A DNA stretch of 64,000 bases, taken from NCBI GenBank assembly GCA_048128005.1, contig JBEUKZ010000112.1:620001-684000 (forward strand), given 5' to 3'. The notes under the pieces are model-generated. The model was not told the origin of the DNA. It saw only the letters and a program-made list of their open reading frames with translations, and made no database searches. The position numbers were made by a program, and so were the translations under genes. This document shows positions 34,137 to 42,881 of this stretch, piece after piece; the first letter of the stretch is position 1, and each line of letters begins with the position of its first letter. The DNA comes from Veleropilina oligotropha (lineage: Eukaryota).

Positions 34137-34740
34137 ACGATTTCCGCACACCAAGGACCCCCACTCCGCAATCATCTGCGGCCAGACGGGCTGTGGGAAG
34201 ACGGTTTTCATGCTTGAACTGCTGGAGGGGGAGTATCGAGGCGTCTTCCGGCATATCGTGGTCCTCTGCCCCACGATCAAGTACAACAAAGCATACCAGT
34301 CTTGTCCGTGGATCTGGACCGACCCTGAGGTGTATTTAGTCCCCCCGGGTGAGCGACTCCATGACTGGCTGCGGGGGTTCTACCGACTGTTTCAGGGGGA
34401 ATCAACTCTGTACATAATCGACGACTGCGCCGCGAGCAAGGCTATGGCAAAGAGGAGGGACATGCTGACTTTGTTGGCCTTCAGCGGCAGGCATGCTTCC
34501 CAGAGCGTATGGGTAGTGACGCAAAAGTACAACTCGGTCTTGAAGGAGCTCAGAGAGCAGACCCGCTGGGTCGCGCTGTTCCATTGCAAGGACCGCGACA
34601 GTTTCGAGGACTGTCTGCGCGAGAACGATGTAATCCCGTCGCAGGATGAACGGACCGCGGTTCGCCGGCTGTTGGCCGAGACACGACACGCTAAGCTTCT
34701 GTTGAAAACTGATCAGCCCGTTGCTTATAGTGTGCTTTAG
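34108..34740 (+). CDS. A32-like (FtsK/HerA family) genome-packaging ATPase
   Basis: Walker A AIICGQTGCGKT, Walker B YIIDD, and the A32-type GRH....VVTQ motif. Confidence 0.9.
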   Translation: MADSSKHCTKRFPHTKDPHSAIICGQTGCGKTVFMLELLEGEYRGVFRHIVVLCPTIKYNKAYQSCPWIWTDPEVYLVPPGERLHDWLRGFYRLFQGESTLYIIDDCAASKAMAKRRDMLTLLAFSGRHASQSVWVVTQKYNSVLKELREQTRWVALFHCKDRDSFEDCLRENDVIPSQDERTAVRRLLAETRHAKLLLKTDQPVAYSVL

Positions 34741-34771
34741 CATCTGCCTAGCATCTACAGCACTACCTAGC

Positions 34772-35506
34772 ATGTCGGACGCTGTATATCTAGCTTTTGC
34801 TTGCAGCCAGAGCCTGATCTTGCTCCTACTCGCTACATTGTGGTATTGGATTTACAGTTATATTAGACCGGTGAGGCGATGTTGGAAACGCTTAAGGATG
34901 GACAGCCTCATCGATCAACTTATGGATGACGAACAAGAAATGACCGTGGCCGGGCCACCCCGCTCGATGCCCGAGGACCCTAAAACCGGCGTAGCAGAGA
35001 AACGGGAGAGGCTTGCAGCATTAGCCATTGGAGGACGGGCAGGCAAATACTTGGGGGGGAGCAACCTCACAGTTGACCGGATCGACGCTATGACCGACGA
35101 AGAGGTTGAAAAACACTACGCACGGTATGAAGTGAGGTTAGGTGCGGAGATGACGAAGACCCTGGGGACTGCAGCTATAAACCTCTATGCGGGGGCAGCT
35201 GGGATGCTCTTGCCCATCCCACCACAAAATCAGCTACGTTTGATCGCTGACCTCGAGGCCGACCCTTTCATCTCACATGCGCTGTGCACTGCAAGCTGTG
35301 AGCTGTATTATAAATATGGCATGTACCTCGCACCGCTGACCGCAGCGTTGACCACGGCTAAGCACTGCCAATTTGGACATGTTTGCCCGCCTAAGATACC
35401 AGATCAAGATGACAACGCCGGAAGTGGACCAAGTGATCGAGAGACAGCCGATCGAGAGCCAGCCGATAGAGAGGGTGACTTCTTCGACGGACTCATCGGT
35501 GAGTAA
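34772..35506 (+). CDS. Hypothetical viral protein with an N-terminal hydrophobic helix
   Basis: First ATG at 34772. LILLLLATLWYWIY segment followed by a helical domain. Confidence 0.7.
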   Translation: MSDAVYLAFACSQSLILLLLATLWYWIYSYIRPVRRCWKRLRMDSLIDQLMDDEQEMTVAGPPRSMPEDPKTGVAEKRERLAALAIGGRAGKYLGGSNLTVDRIDAMTDEEVEKHYARYEVRLGAEMTKTLGTAAINLYAGAAGMLLPIPPQNQLRLIADLEADPFISHALCTASCELYYKYGMYLAPLTAALTTAKHCQFGHVCPPKIPDQDDNAGSGPSDRETADREPADREGDFFDGLIGE

Positions 35507-35900
35507 AAAGGACCCGAAAAAAGTGGCTGCAGGTCGGGCCGGCGCTGCTGCTCGAAAAGCCAAGCAGGAGAAGCTACTGGCCGCGGTTCGAAACATGAAA
35601 GAAGACCTGAGTGCCCCAACAAGTGTTGTCGTTCCATCAGAACAGCCCGGGGAGGCGGTTCCAGCCGCAGAAAGACCGTGTGCGCCAGATACACGGAAAT
35701 CGGACCAATTTAATTGGACCCAGGTAGCCGTCGCTGCCGGTACGGTTGCGTTGGTATTTGTTGTCTGGAAGACGTCCTCAGAACGCAGCAACCCTGGTCC
35801 ATCCACACCACATCAACAGCCACCAGACGCGGACGCTCGGTGCTCTCGGGCCGCCCCCACTATCGAATTGAAGAAGCAGAACCCTTTTCATATGCAATAG
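35409..35900 (+). CDS. Hypothetical viral protein: basic KKDPKKVAAG motif, TM segment, C-terminal NPF
   Basis: Open frame overlapping the previous ORF. VAVAAGTVALVFVVW is hydrophobic. Confidence 0.65.
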   Translation: MTTPEVDQVIERQPIESQPIERVTSSTDSSVSKKDPKKVAAGRAGAAARKAKQEKLLAAVRNMKEDLSAPTSVVVPSEQPGEAVPAAERPCAPDTRKSDQFNWTQVAVAAGTVALVFVVWKTSSERSNPGPSTPHQQPPDADARCSRAAPTIELKKQNPFHMQ

Positions 35901-35936
35901 TCGCAAACGGTAGCATTTCTATAGTACTCAACAGTT

Positions 35937-36176
35937 ATGACTACCCCAATCACTGATGGAAAGATGCTCGGCAACGCTGTATACCACGCCGCTATAGTGT
36001 CAGGCCTCGCCATAGGCTACGCACGCCTGACAAAGATGGTATTCAAGGGAGCGAGCCCCAAACTGGACTTCACGGGGTACGATGTCGGGATGGTCGTCCT
36101 CGACGTATCGCTCGCCATGGCGACGAAAGACATGCTGATCAAGCAAGGCATCATTCCGGCCGATATATTGAAGTAG
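35937..36176 (+). CDS. Small hydrophobic viral protein, 79 aa
   Basis: ATG ORF filling the gap in a co-oriented gene run, with two hydrophobic segments. Confidence 0.7.
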   Translation: MTTPITDGKMLGNAVYHAAIVSGLAIGYARLTKMVFKGASPKLDFTGYDVGMVVLDVSLAMATKDMLIKQGIIPADILK

Positions 36177-36207
36177 TGGGACCTTGCTAGATAATCGCAG
36201 CATTTCA

Positions 36208-36636
36208 ATGGCTTCCATTGCGATGCTGGTTGGGGGCGCTCTCGTCAACGCCCTCGCCTTCAGCGGCTCCAACTTCCTCTTCTCGAAGCTACGCAGCTCC
36301 GGTGTCGATGCGGAGCGTAAACGCCACGACATTGCTGTAGAACAGCTCAACGCTGCTCAGACTAAATGGTCACAACAGAGGGCAGAGCGTCTCGACTGGC
36401 TGAACGTTGAACTTCGCCGCCAGGGTCATGCCGTTGGCACATTCCGGGATGTTGACGCCGCGATCCGTGAGTATGCATTGATCACCGGCAAGAACCTTGA
36501 CCCCGACCTGGGGGGTGGCCCTGAGCCCCAGCTGTCTGACTACTACACACCGAGCGATGGCCAGAAGGGACGTGAGATCACCTTCATCATCCTGGGGATG
36601 GCTGCGACCGGGTTGGTCGCCTACAAGCTCGCCTAA
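36208..36636 (+). CDS. Viral membrane protein, ~142 aa (hydrophobic N- and C-termini, central coiled coil)
   Basis: MASIAMLVGGALVNALAFSGSNFLF ... ITFIILGMAATGLVAYKLA. Confidence 0.75.
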   Translation: MASIAMLVGGALVNALAFSGSNFLFSKLRSSGVDAERKRHDIAVEQLNAAQTKWSQQRAERLDWLNVELRRQGHAVGTFRDVDAAIREYALITGKNLDPDLGGGPEPQLSDYYTPSDGQKGREITFIILGMAATGLVAYKLA

Positions 36637-36677
36637 TTATTTCCAGTGGACATTTTTTTCGTGTGCCAGGTATAGTA

Positions 36678-36899
36678 ATGGGGCTCCCAGAAGAGCTGTA
36701 CTGCGCTATGCTTGCGGTCGGCTATAGTACTACGTTACTCGACTGCTGGCGCCGCGACGAAAAGACTATGGTGCGGTTCGCGGTCCTGGTGCTCTCGGGC
36801 CCGACCAACCTACGGGCGACCACTGCGCAGCGACCGGCTCCGGAAGCTGAAGCCTGTTGGAGACTGATCAGTTTACTGGAATACATTGCTGATGGATAG
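36678..36899 (+). CDS. Possible small viral ORF
   Basis: Fills the gap before the integrase and overlaps its start. No motif recognised. Confidence 0.35.
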   Translation: MGLPEELYCAMLAVGYSTTLLDCWRRDEKTMVRFAVLVLSGPTNLRATTAQRPAPEAEACWRLISLLEYIADG

Positions 36900-37890
36900 T
36901 AAGCTTGCGAGGATGTACTACAGCCCTAAGGGCTACTGGAAAGGCATTGCCGCGATAAAGAAACTAGCTGACGCTGCCAAGGCATCTGAAGTGGAGGCCC
37001 GGACATGGCTTAAGAGGCAGGCTATATGGCAGATCTATTTACCTGCGCCACGGCGGATTCCAAGACCAAAATTCGACGTCGTAACGCCAAACGAGGTTCA
37101 CCAAGCCGACCTCCTGTTTCTCCCCCATGACAAGGTCAGACACAAGACCTATAAGTACGCTTTGACTGTGGTTGATGTGGCCAGTCGCTTTAAAGAGGCT
37201 GAGCCTCTGGTCACAAAAGAGGCCAAAGGGGTTGCTGAAGCACTAGCCCGAATCTACAGGCGGAGTCCTCTTGGCTGGCCGAAACTGCTTCAAGTCGATC
37301 CAGGGCGAGAGTTTATGGGCGCGGTTTCCCAGCTGCTGGCAAAGAATAACGTCGAGGTTAGGCGTGGCCGTGTGGATATCCATCGCGATCAGGGCATTGT
37401 GGAGCGCTTCAACCGGACGCTCGCTGAGCGGCTCTTCGGGCACCAGTATGCAACAGAGATGCGGTTTGCAGAGTCTGCGAAAGAGGGTCAAAGGTCAACT
37501 GAGTGGGTCGCCCGGTTAGCAGCTGTTGTTGCGGCGTTGAATGGGGAAGTGACCAGGCTGACCGGTAAAAAGCCCAAGGACGCCATCAAGGCACCTCGCG
37601 TTGCACAAAAGCCAGGCGCCACTGTTCCAGGCCGACAGGGGAAGGAACAGAAACTCCCCTCTGACGTAGATGTTCGCTACCTTTACTACGATGGTGAGCT
37701 GGAGGGGGGTCATCGCCGTGCTACTGACCCGGTGTGGTCTCTAAAAGTTTACAGGCTTGGACGCTCCGTCACTAAGCCTGACGAGCCTGTGCTCTACTAC
37801 TTGCTGGATGGACCACCGCGTGGCTTCGTTCGTGAGGAACTTCTCGTGGTGCCTCGTGATACCCAGCTGCCGCCGGTTCTCAGGCGTTAA
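36892..37890 (+). CDS. Retroviral-type (rve, DDE) integrase
   Basis: HQADL, LTVVDVASRF, LQVDPGREF and GIVERFNRTL, with an intact D-D-E triad. No chromodomain seen. Confidence 0.93.
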   Translation: MDSKLARMYYSPKGYWKGIAAIKKLADAAKASEVEARTWLKRQAIWQIYLPAPRRIPRPKFDVVTPNEVHQADLLFLPHDKVRHKTYKYALTVVDVASRFKEAEPLVTKEAKGVAEALARIYRRSPLGWPKLLQVDPGREFMGAVSQLLAKNNVEVRRGRVDIHRDQGIVERFNRTLAERLFGHQYATEMRFAESAKEGQRSTEWVARLAAVVAALNGEVTRLTGKKPKDAIKAPRVAQKPGATVPGRQGKEQKLPSDVDVRYLYYDGELEGGHRRATDPVWSLKVYRLGRSVTKPDEPVLYYLLDGPPRGFVREELLVVPRDTQLPPVLRR

Positions 37891-40800
37891 CAACCGCAAA
37901 TCCTCGTTTCCGGTTACATTCCAGACACGTTAAGCGCACGTTGTCGCGGGTGTGGCCCCTGCTGTTGTCCACACGGTCGACACTGAACTGCTGTGTGTCC
38001 TTCGGGGAATATGCCCAGAGCAGCTCTATGTTGCATGCTGCGCAGCGGTTGTTTTGGGCCTCTCTGAGCCGCAGGATGTCGTCGACCTTGAGGTTAAACC
38101 CCGGGAGTCCCGTTGCCTGGTCCTGGCGTTTGTACGCCACAAGCTTTTTCTGGATGGTCTTTCGGAGCTGTTGCTCGGTTTGGGGCGCTTGGGGGGGCCT
38201 GTCCTCAGAACCCTCATCCGGTGGACAGGTTACCCGTTCGAGCTGACGCAGCAGCTCCACCCGGGACACGGCTAGGTAGGCGAGATTACTCCACTGAAGG
38301 TAGTCGTCGATGATCCAGACTTTCTGTGGGTCGTGAATCGTAAGACCCTGGCTCGAATGGATGGTCAGGGCATAGCCCAGGCGCCAATCCGGGGTCAGGA
38401 TAGCCCGCTCAGCGGCCTCAATGGTGACCTCGACGACGTCGTTCAGAACTAGCTCCTCTCTGTCGCTGGTGCCCGGAATGGTTACCATGATGTTCTGTTT
38501 TCTGCTGTCCCTGGGGTGGTACAGGATCGGGACATAGGAGTCTGGGAAGTGCTCCTTGTGCCTCTGGAGCAACAGCTCTTGAGCTCGTTCGCGGACCTTC
38601 TGACGGCTTGTGAGGATTAGGTCGCCGGGCTTCCAGGTGTTGACGAACCGGTCCCATCCGAGGCAGCTGGGGAGGGTCCGTCGCATCTCGTCGCACTGGA
38701 CTTTGTCGGGCTGGAGACGGATACGTCTTTTCAGGGCTTGGAGGGCAGGGTCGTCTTTCGCCCTGTAGTCTACTTCGATCTCTTCATAGTAGTCCGCGGT
38801 CTTTCGCAGCCAATCGTGCGGCATCTCGCCCGTAATCGGCGGTGGCTGGCCTTGATCACCACAGCAGATAACCTGCACTTCGTGGCGGCCCAGCCAGTCC
38901 AAGAACATCTCTAGGATGTGCCGGGGAACAGTACAGACCTCGTCCCAGATAATGACGCGCGGGATGAACTTCTGACCCATGCGATCAGGCGTCCAGTCGT
39001 TCTGGCCGCTCCATCGGAAGAAGCTGTGGTAGGTCTGGGCTTTGACGCCTCTGGTCCGCATCTCTTTAGCGAGGCGGTGGGTTGGTGTGAACACGACGGG
39101 ATTCCTTGCCCGGAAGAGCTCGATCGCTCTCGTAGTCTTGCCACAGCCCCCTCCACCGTTGAGGTAACTCAGGCGATGGTGGGTCAGTGTGTCATTGTAG
39201 CATGGCGCGGTGCTCGGCTGGCTGGAATTGGCGGCACAACAATACTCTGGCTTGGGTAGGTATGCGGCATGTTCCTGTGGCATATACAGCTGTTCGCCCT
39301 TGTCACGCCACTGGGCTGGTGCTACTGGCGGAAGGTACGGCTCCGCGATCAGACATGAGATGCACGATTTCTCGCCACAGCCGCAGAGTCTGGGGGCAAC
39401 GTACACCGTGACATCGTCGAGCTTCTCCAACGAGGCCTTCTTGAGGTAGATGCTGTCCGTGGCTACCCGGACGGCTTCTGCTGCACTGAAACGCTTCAGC
39501 ATGCTCAAGAGGTTTATGTGTGCATAGGCCAACATGGATACCCTCAGGTGGGCGTACTGAGGCTGGGAGCCATCATAGTACGTGAGGATGTGCCCCATAG
39601 GGCATCTCTGAGGAGCGCCAACCAGGGTGCCGCTTTGGCGGGTGTCTCTTACGAGGAAGTCGAGCTCACCCTGGTCGGTCACCAGTCTACGAGTCAATCG
39701 CTTTCCGTCAGCTTTGGCGCCTTGGGTGAATTTGCCGATGATACTGCAGCCCTGGTCACGATCCGGAGGAAGCCAGACATCGGTCTGCTTTTTGAATGCG
39801 ATGATGGCTTCTCGGATCTTGAGGCTTTTTAGCAGTCCAGAGTCTATGAGGAAGGCGAGCAGCGGGGTTGGTGCCCATCCATTCTCTGCAAAGTGCTTCC
39901 CGAACCATGCTACAATGACGGGGTGGATGTCTTGTGCGAACTCCCATTCCACGACCTCAGCAAACCCGGTGCCGATATCTTCGGGAAGAGGACCGTTAAT
40001 TGCGACCCGGGTCATGCTGTGGGTTGGGTGCCCGAATCTTTCGAAGTACGGCTTAGCCTCGCCCTTCCCCAGAAAGCTTGCAGGGTAGCAGGATTTCATA
40101 TCGATGCAGCAGACATCGCCCGTGTCGTAATTCATGGAATTCCACAGGCCGCCGTGGCCATGCTCTACACAGGCCTTCTGGATGTCATCGAGCAGGGCCG
40201 CTGGGGTGGGTTTCCAGCCGTTGGTCTCCTTAGCCATAATGCTAGCTGCATGGTTCACGCCAAAGGCTCGATCGGCTAGGGACTCATTCCCCAGCGCTGT
40301 ACAGGCTTCTTGGAGTCTCTCGTGAGCCTCTTTTGTCCGGTAAGTGCGGCCATCTTGCAGCACGAACTGGTCCACGCCGAGCTGTCGGTCTTTACCGCCT
40401 AGGAGCCAGACAGCCAATGGCTCATTCTGTGTGGCTTGTCGAATAGCTTCCCAGACATCGCCCTCATACAGGTGGACCTCTCTACTTTGCGGGAAGTGTA
40501 GGTCCTTCGACCAGGCGTGGCCGTTGTGACAGATGAGTTCTACGTTTCTGAATGTATTGTTTCCTTGACCGCGGTACTTCCCACTGTTGTAGATGTCCGC
40601 ACCGGCAATATCTCTCAAGACAATCGCCCGCTTCAGTATCTTCTCGAGGATGGATATATCATCCACAGTGGCGCCTGTTACATGGACTCGCTCTTCCCAC
40701 TCCAGTATTTTCTGCCGCCTTGTCGGGGTGAGTCCGTGTCCTCTAAGGGCACCTTCGAAGTGCTCAACCACTCGTTGGGCAACGCAGTTGAGGTCGCCGT

Positions 40801-41746
40801 TCTTCATCGGAACCAGGTTGGCGGGGTTTGGTTCTCTGAGAGGATAGACGCCGTAGACGACTGCAGTGACCGGGTAGGCATTCTCGTAGTAGACCTTGTC
40901 GACCCCAGTGATAGCACCCGGCTTAGTGTCCTGAGATATCTCAAAGACACCCTGGCCCTTCTTTCTCGCAGCTTTCACCGGGTCAAACTTGTCTTCGACC
41001 ACCCAGTCGCCCTCACTCCACTCACGCAAGAACTTTATTCTAAGGACATACTCGCCCTTTGGAAGGGCTGTGAGGAGCTGTGCTGCCCTTGCATCTGTCA
41101 TACGGGCATCCAGGGCCGGTGCGATCTTAATGTCCACTTCTACCCTCCATGTGGAGAAAGCCGCCACGGCGCCATCGACCTCAAACTCGTCTTTGGCGTC
41201 GCTCAAGAGTTCCACCCATGGCTCTTTTGCTGGGAGCCTTACTGGGGGAGGGACCTGGTCATCCAGGTCGATGAATCGTTGTCCCTCGGGTGTGGTAAAT
41301 TGCCCTAGAAGATCCTTCTGGTAGTCCTGGGCTGTCCGGAGCGTTTTGGAGATGAGAAGATCGGGCCCCTTCCGAGCAATAGCATGGGCAAGGGTCTCTT
41401 TCCGAGACCGCTTGACGATTCGATCCGTGATGGCGCGAAGTGGCTTCAGTCGAATCCTGGGATTTTTCTCAGCCTGGGATTCGTATTTACGAGCCTGCAG
41501 GGCGGCGTCGACCTCGTCCTTAATCTGCCGCAACTCGCGAGCACGTCGGCCTCTTTTGTGGGGGTTCTCCACATCTCCACGGATGGAGGGGAACCTTCCC
41601 GTTTTCATCGCCCGCTCGAGTCTGCTCCGAAACTCCGCAGCACGGACCCTGGCGATTGCCCTGACGAGGTCGTGCTTCTTGAGCTTCGACCGAGCGGGAA
41701 TCCCATAATCTTTCGCTAGATTGCGCAGTCCACTGATGAGAGGCAT
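37880..41746 (-). CDS. Multidomain replication protein: Rho-N-like, OTU-like, degenerate family-B DNA polymerase, SF1 helicase, HNH nuclease
   Basis: First ATG at 41746. Rho-N-like LRNLAKDYGI..SKLKKHDLVRAI. OTU-like GDLNCV / LICHNGH. PolB IDMKSCYPAS, IIGKF, VATDSIY. Helicase GGGGCGKT, TPTH, WDEV, GDQGQPPP, ALTIHSSQGLT, YLAVSR. HNH CAAC..DRVDNSRGH..N..CLECN. Confidence 0.88.
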   Translation of the reverse strand: MPLISGLRNLAKDYGIPARSKLKKHDLVRAIARVRAAEFRSRLERAMKTGRFPSIRGDVENPHKRGRRARELRQIKDEVDAALQARKYESQAEKNPRIRLKPLRAITDRIVKRSRKETLAHAIARKGPDLLISKTLRTAQDYQKDLLGQFTTPEGQRFIDLDDQVPPPVRLPAKEPWVELLSDAKDEFEVDGAVAAFSTWRVEVDIKIAPALDARMTDARAAQLLTALPKGEYVLRIKFLREWSEGDWVVEDKFDPVKAARKKGQGVFEISQDTKPGAITGVDKVYYENAYPVTAVVYGVYPLREPNPANLVPMKNGDLNCVAQRVVEHFEGALRGHGLTPTRRQKILEWEERVHVTGATVDDISILEKILKRAIVLRDIAGADIYNSGKYRGQGNNTFRNVELICHNGHAWSKDLHFPQSREVHLYEGDVWEAIRQATQNEPLAVWLLGGKDRQLGVDQFVLQDGRTYRTKEAHERLQEACTALGNESLADRAFGVNHAASIMAKETNGWKPTPAALLDDIQKACVEHGHGGLWNSMNYDTGDVCCIDMKSCYPASFLGKGEAKPYFERFGHPTHSMTRVAINGPLPEDIGTGFAEVVEWEFAQDIHPVIVAWFGKHFAENGWAPTPLLAFLIDSGLLKSLKIREAIIAFKKQTDVWLPPDRDQGCSIIGKFTQGAKADGKRLTRRLVTDQGELDFLVRDTRQSGTLVGAPQRCPMGHILTYYDGSQPQYAHLRVSMLAYAHINLLSMLKRFSAAEAVRVATDSIYLKKASLEKLDDVTVYVAPRLCGCGEKSCISCLIAEPYLPPVAPAQWRDKGEQLYMPQEHAAYLPKPEYCCAANSSQPSTAPCYNDTLTHHRLSYLNGGGGCGKTTRAIELFRARNPVVFTPTHRLAKEMRTRGVKAQTYHSFFRWSGQNDWTPDRMGQKFIPRVIIWDEVCTVPRHILEMFLDWLGRHEVQVICCGDQGQPPPITGEMPHDWLRKTADYYEEIEVDYRAKDDPALQALKRRIRLQPDKVQCDEMRRTLPSCLGWDRFVNTWKPGDLILTSRQKVRERAQELLLQRHKEHFPDSYVPILYHPRDSRKQNIMVTIPGTSDREELVLNDVVEVTIEAAERAILTPDWRLGYALTIHSSQGLTIHDPQKVWIIDDYLQWSNLAYLAVSRVELLRQLERVTCPPDEGSEDRPPQAPQTEQQLRKTIQKKLVAYKRQDQATGLPGFNLKVDDILRLREAQNNRCAACNIELLWAYSPKDTQQFSVDRVDNSRGHTRDNVRLTCLECNRKRGFAVVNA

Positions 41747-41794
41747 GACGTATTGCGATATGACACTACAACACAAAGCTCTAATTGGAACTTT

Positions 41795-42094
41795 TTATGT
41801 CGTGCGCGACAGCAACTCGCGCAATACTGCGCCGTAGAGACGGCGAGCTCGGTTTTTAGTGTTTATGAGAGCCTGGGCGGCACGATGACCTCCACATGGT
41901 CTACACACCAGAACGGCCGATTTCGTGCCCCCCCCACATCTCTTACATGGCGGGGGTGATGTTCTACCCATCCGAATTTGCCGTCGATGGGAATTGCAAA
42001 ATTCGTTGACGCAGCTACGACCACAAACCCCAACGGCATTAATTGTCAACCAAGGGCATACATTCTTTTCCCCCATGGTTATCGCGTATACCAT
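41795..42094 (-). CDS. Small Cys/His-rich (zinc-binding) basic protein
   Basis: C..CGRSC..C..H plus CKRC..CRPC clusters, co-oriented and directly upstream of the replication gene. Confidence 0.6.
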   Translation of the reverse strand: MVYAITMGEKNVCPWLTINAVGVCGRSCVNEFCNSHRRQIRMGRTSPPPCKRCGGGTKSAVLVCRPCGGHRAAQALINTKNRARRLYGAVLRELLSRTT

Positions 42095-42138
42095 CGTATA
42101 TACCAGTCTCTAATATAGAGTATGACACTAACACACAA

Positions 42139-42399
42139 GAGCCCGGGCCGGCGAGGGTAGTGGGCCGTCCCTGGGGGCTCTTACTACATGCTACTCGCTC
42201 TGTACACACGGTGACTTTTTGTAATACAATCCCTACCCTCAGTCCCAAAATAGGGCTGGGAGCCTCCACGGCGGCCGCCCCGCCCCTAGTCTATACTCCC
42301 TAGCCCTCCACAGTAATACCAGCTCAGTTCTGAAATGGTGCTGGGCGCTGTATTTTCCCATTCTAAAAAGTCTATTGACCCCCCCCCCCTGCTACTGCT
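42139..42399. repeat. Internal diverged second copy of the right terminus
   Basis: Direct repeat of 42412-42653 (period ~273 bp), ending ...gaccccccccccctgctactgct. Confidence 0.9.
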
Positions 42400-42501
42400 C
42401 GCATAACTGAGGAGCCCGGGCCGGCGAGGGTAGTGGGCCGTCCCTGGGGGCTCTATGTCGCTGTACACACGGTAACTTTTTTGTAATACACGATATACCC
42501 T

Positions 42502-42653
42502 GGGGTCTGAAATATAGCTGGGAGCCTTCCCGGTCGCCCCGGGGCCCTAGTCTAAACTCCCCTGCTGACTAGTCCGAGCTACCCTGAGTTCTGAAATAGT
42601 GCTGGGCGCTGTATTTTCCCATTCTAAAAAGTCTATTGACCCCCCCTGCTGCT
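42502..42653. repeat. Right TIR of the Polinton-like element
   Basis: Exact reverse complement of 26935-27086. Confidence 0.95.
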
Positions 42654-42881
42654 CGACGAAACGTCTTTTACTTATTAAAGCACATTATATCTTTAACTTT
42701 TGACTTATATTTAAAGTACGTTTTGATAAAAAAAGTTTTGTCGATTTTTCGTACTTATTAAAGCATATTAGTATTAAGCTAGGCCATATATGTCTTATGT
42801 TTAAAGTAATTTTTATTCAAAAACAAAATCACTACTAAACGCGATTAAGGCAATGTAAGTGCATTACAAAACAACGAAATA

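Larger units (their letters stand above)
26935..42653. mobile_element. Endogenous Polinton/Maverick-like DNA virus (15.7 kb), apparently intact
   Basis: Perfect 152-bp TIRs (AGCAGCAG...CTGCTGCT) with flanking CGACG duplication. The interior is dense, intronless and GC-richer. It encodes an rve integrase, A32 ATPase, putative jelly-roll capsid proteins and a PolB-helicase fusion. Confidence 0.93.

Noticed and set aside
37941..41719. Plus-strand ORFs opposite the replicase (e.g. 40517-41308, 263 aa)
   Set aside because: Antisense shadow frames without recognisable domains.
27956..42094. Adenain/Ulp1-type maturation protease gene
   Set aside because: No ORF shows the His...Asp...Gln-x-Cys-Gly pattern. 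Absence is judged by eye only.
26935..42653. Bacterial prophage or contaminant contig
   Set aside because: It is bounded by TIRs and a TSD inside a spliceosomal intron. The rve integrase plus A32 ATPase combination is Polinton-type.
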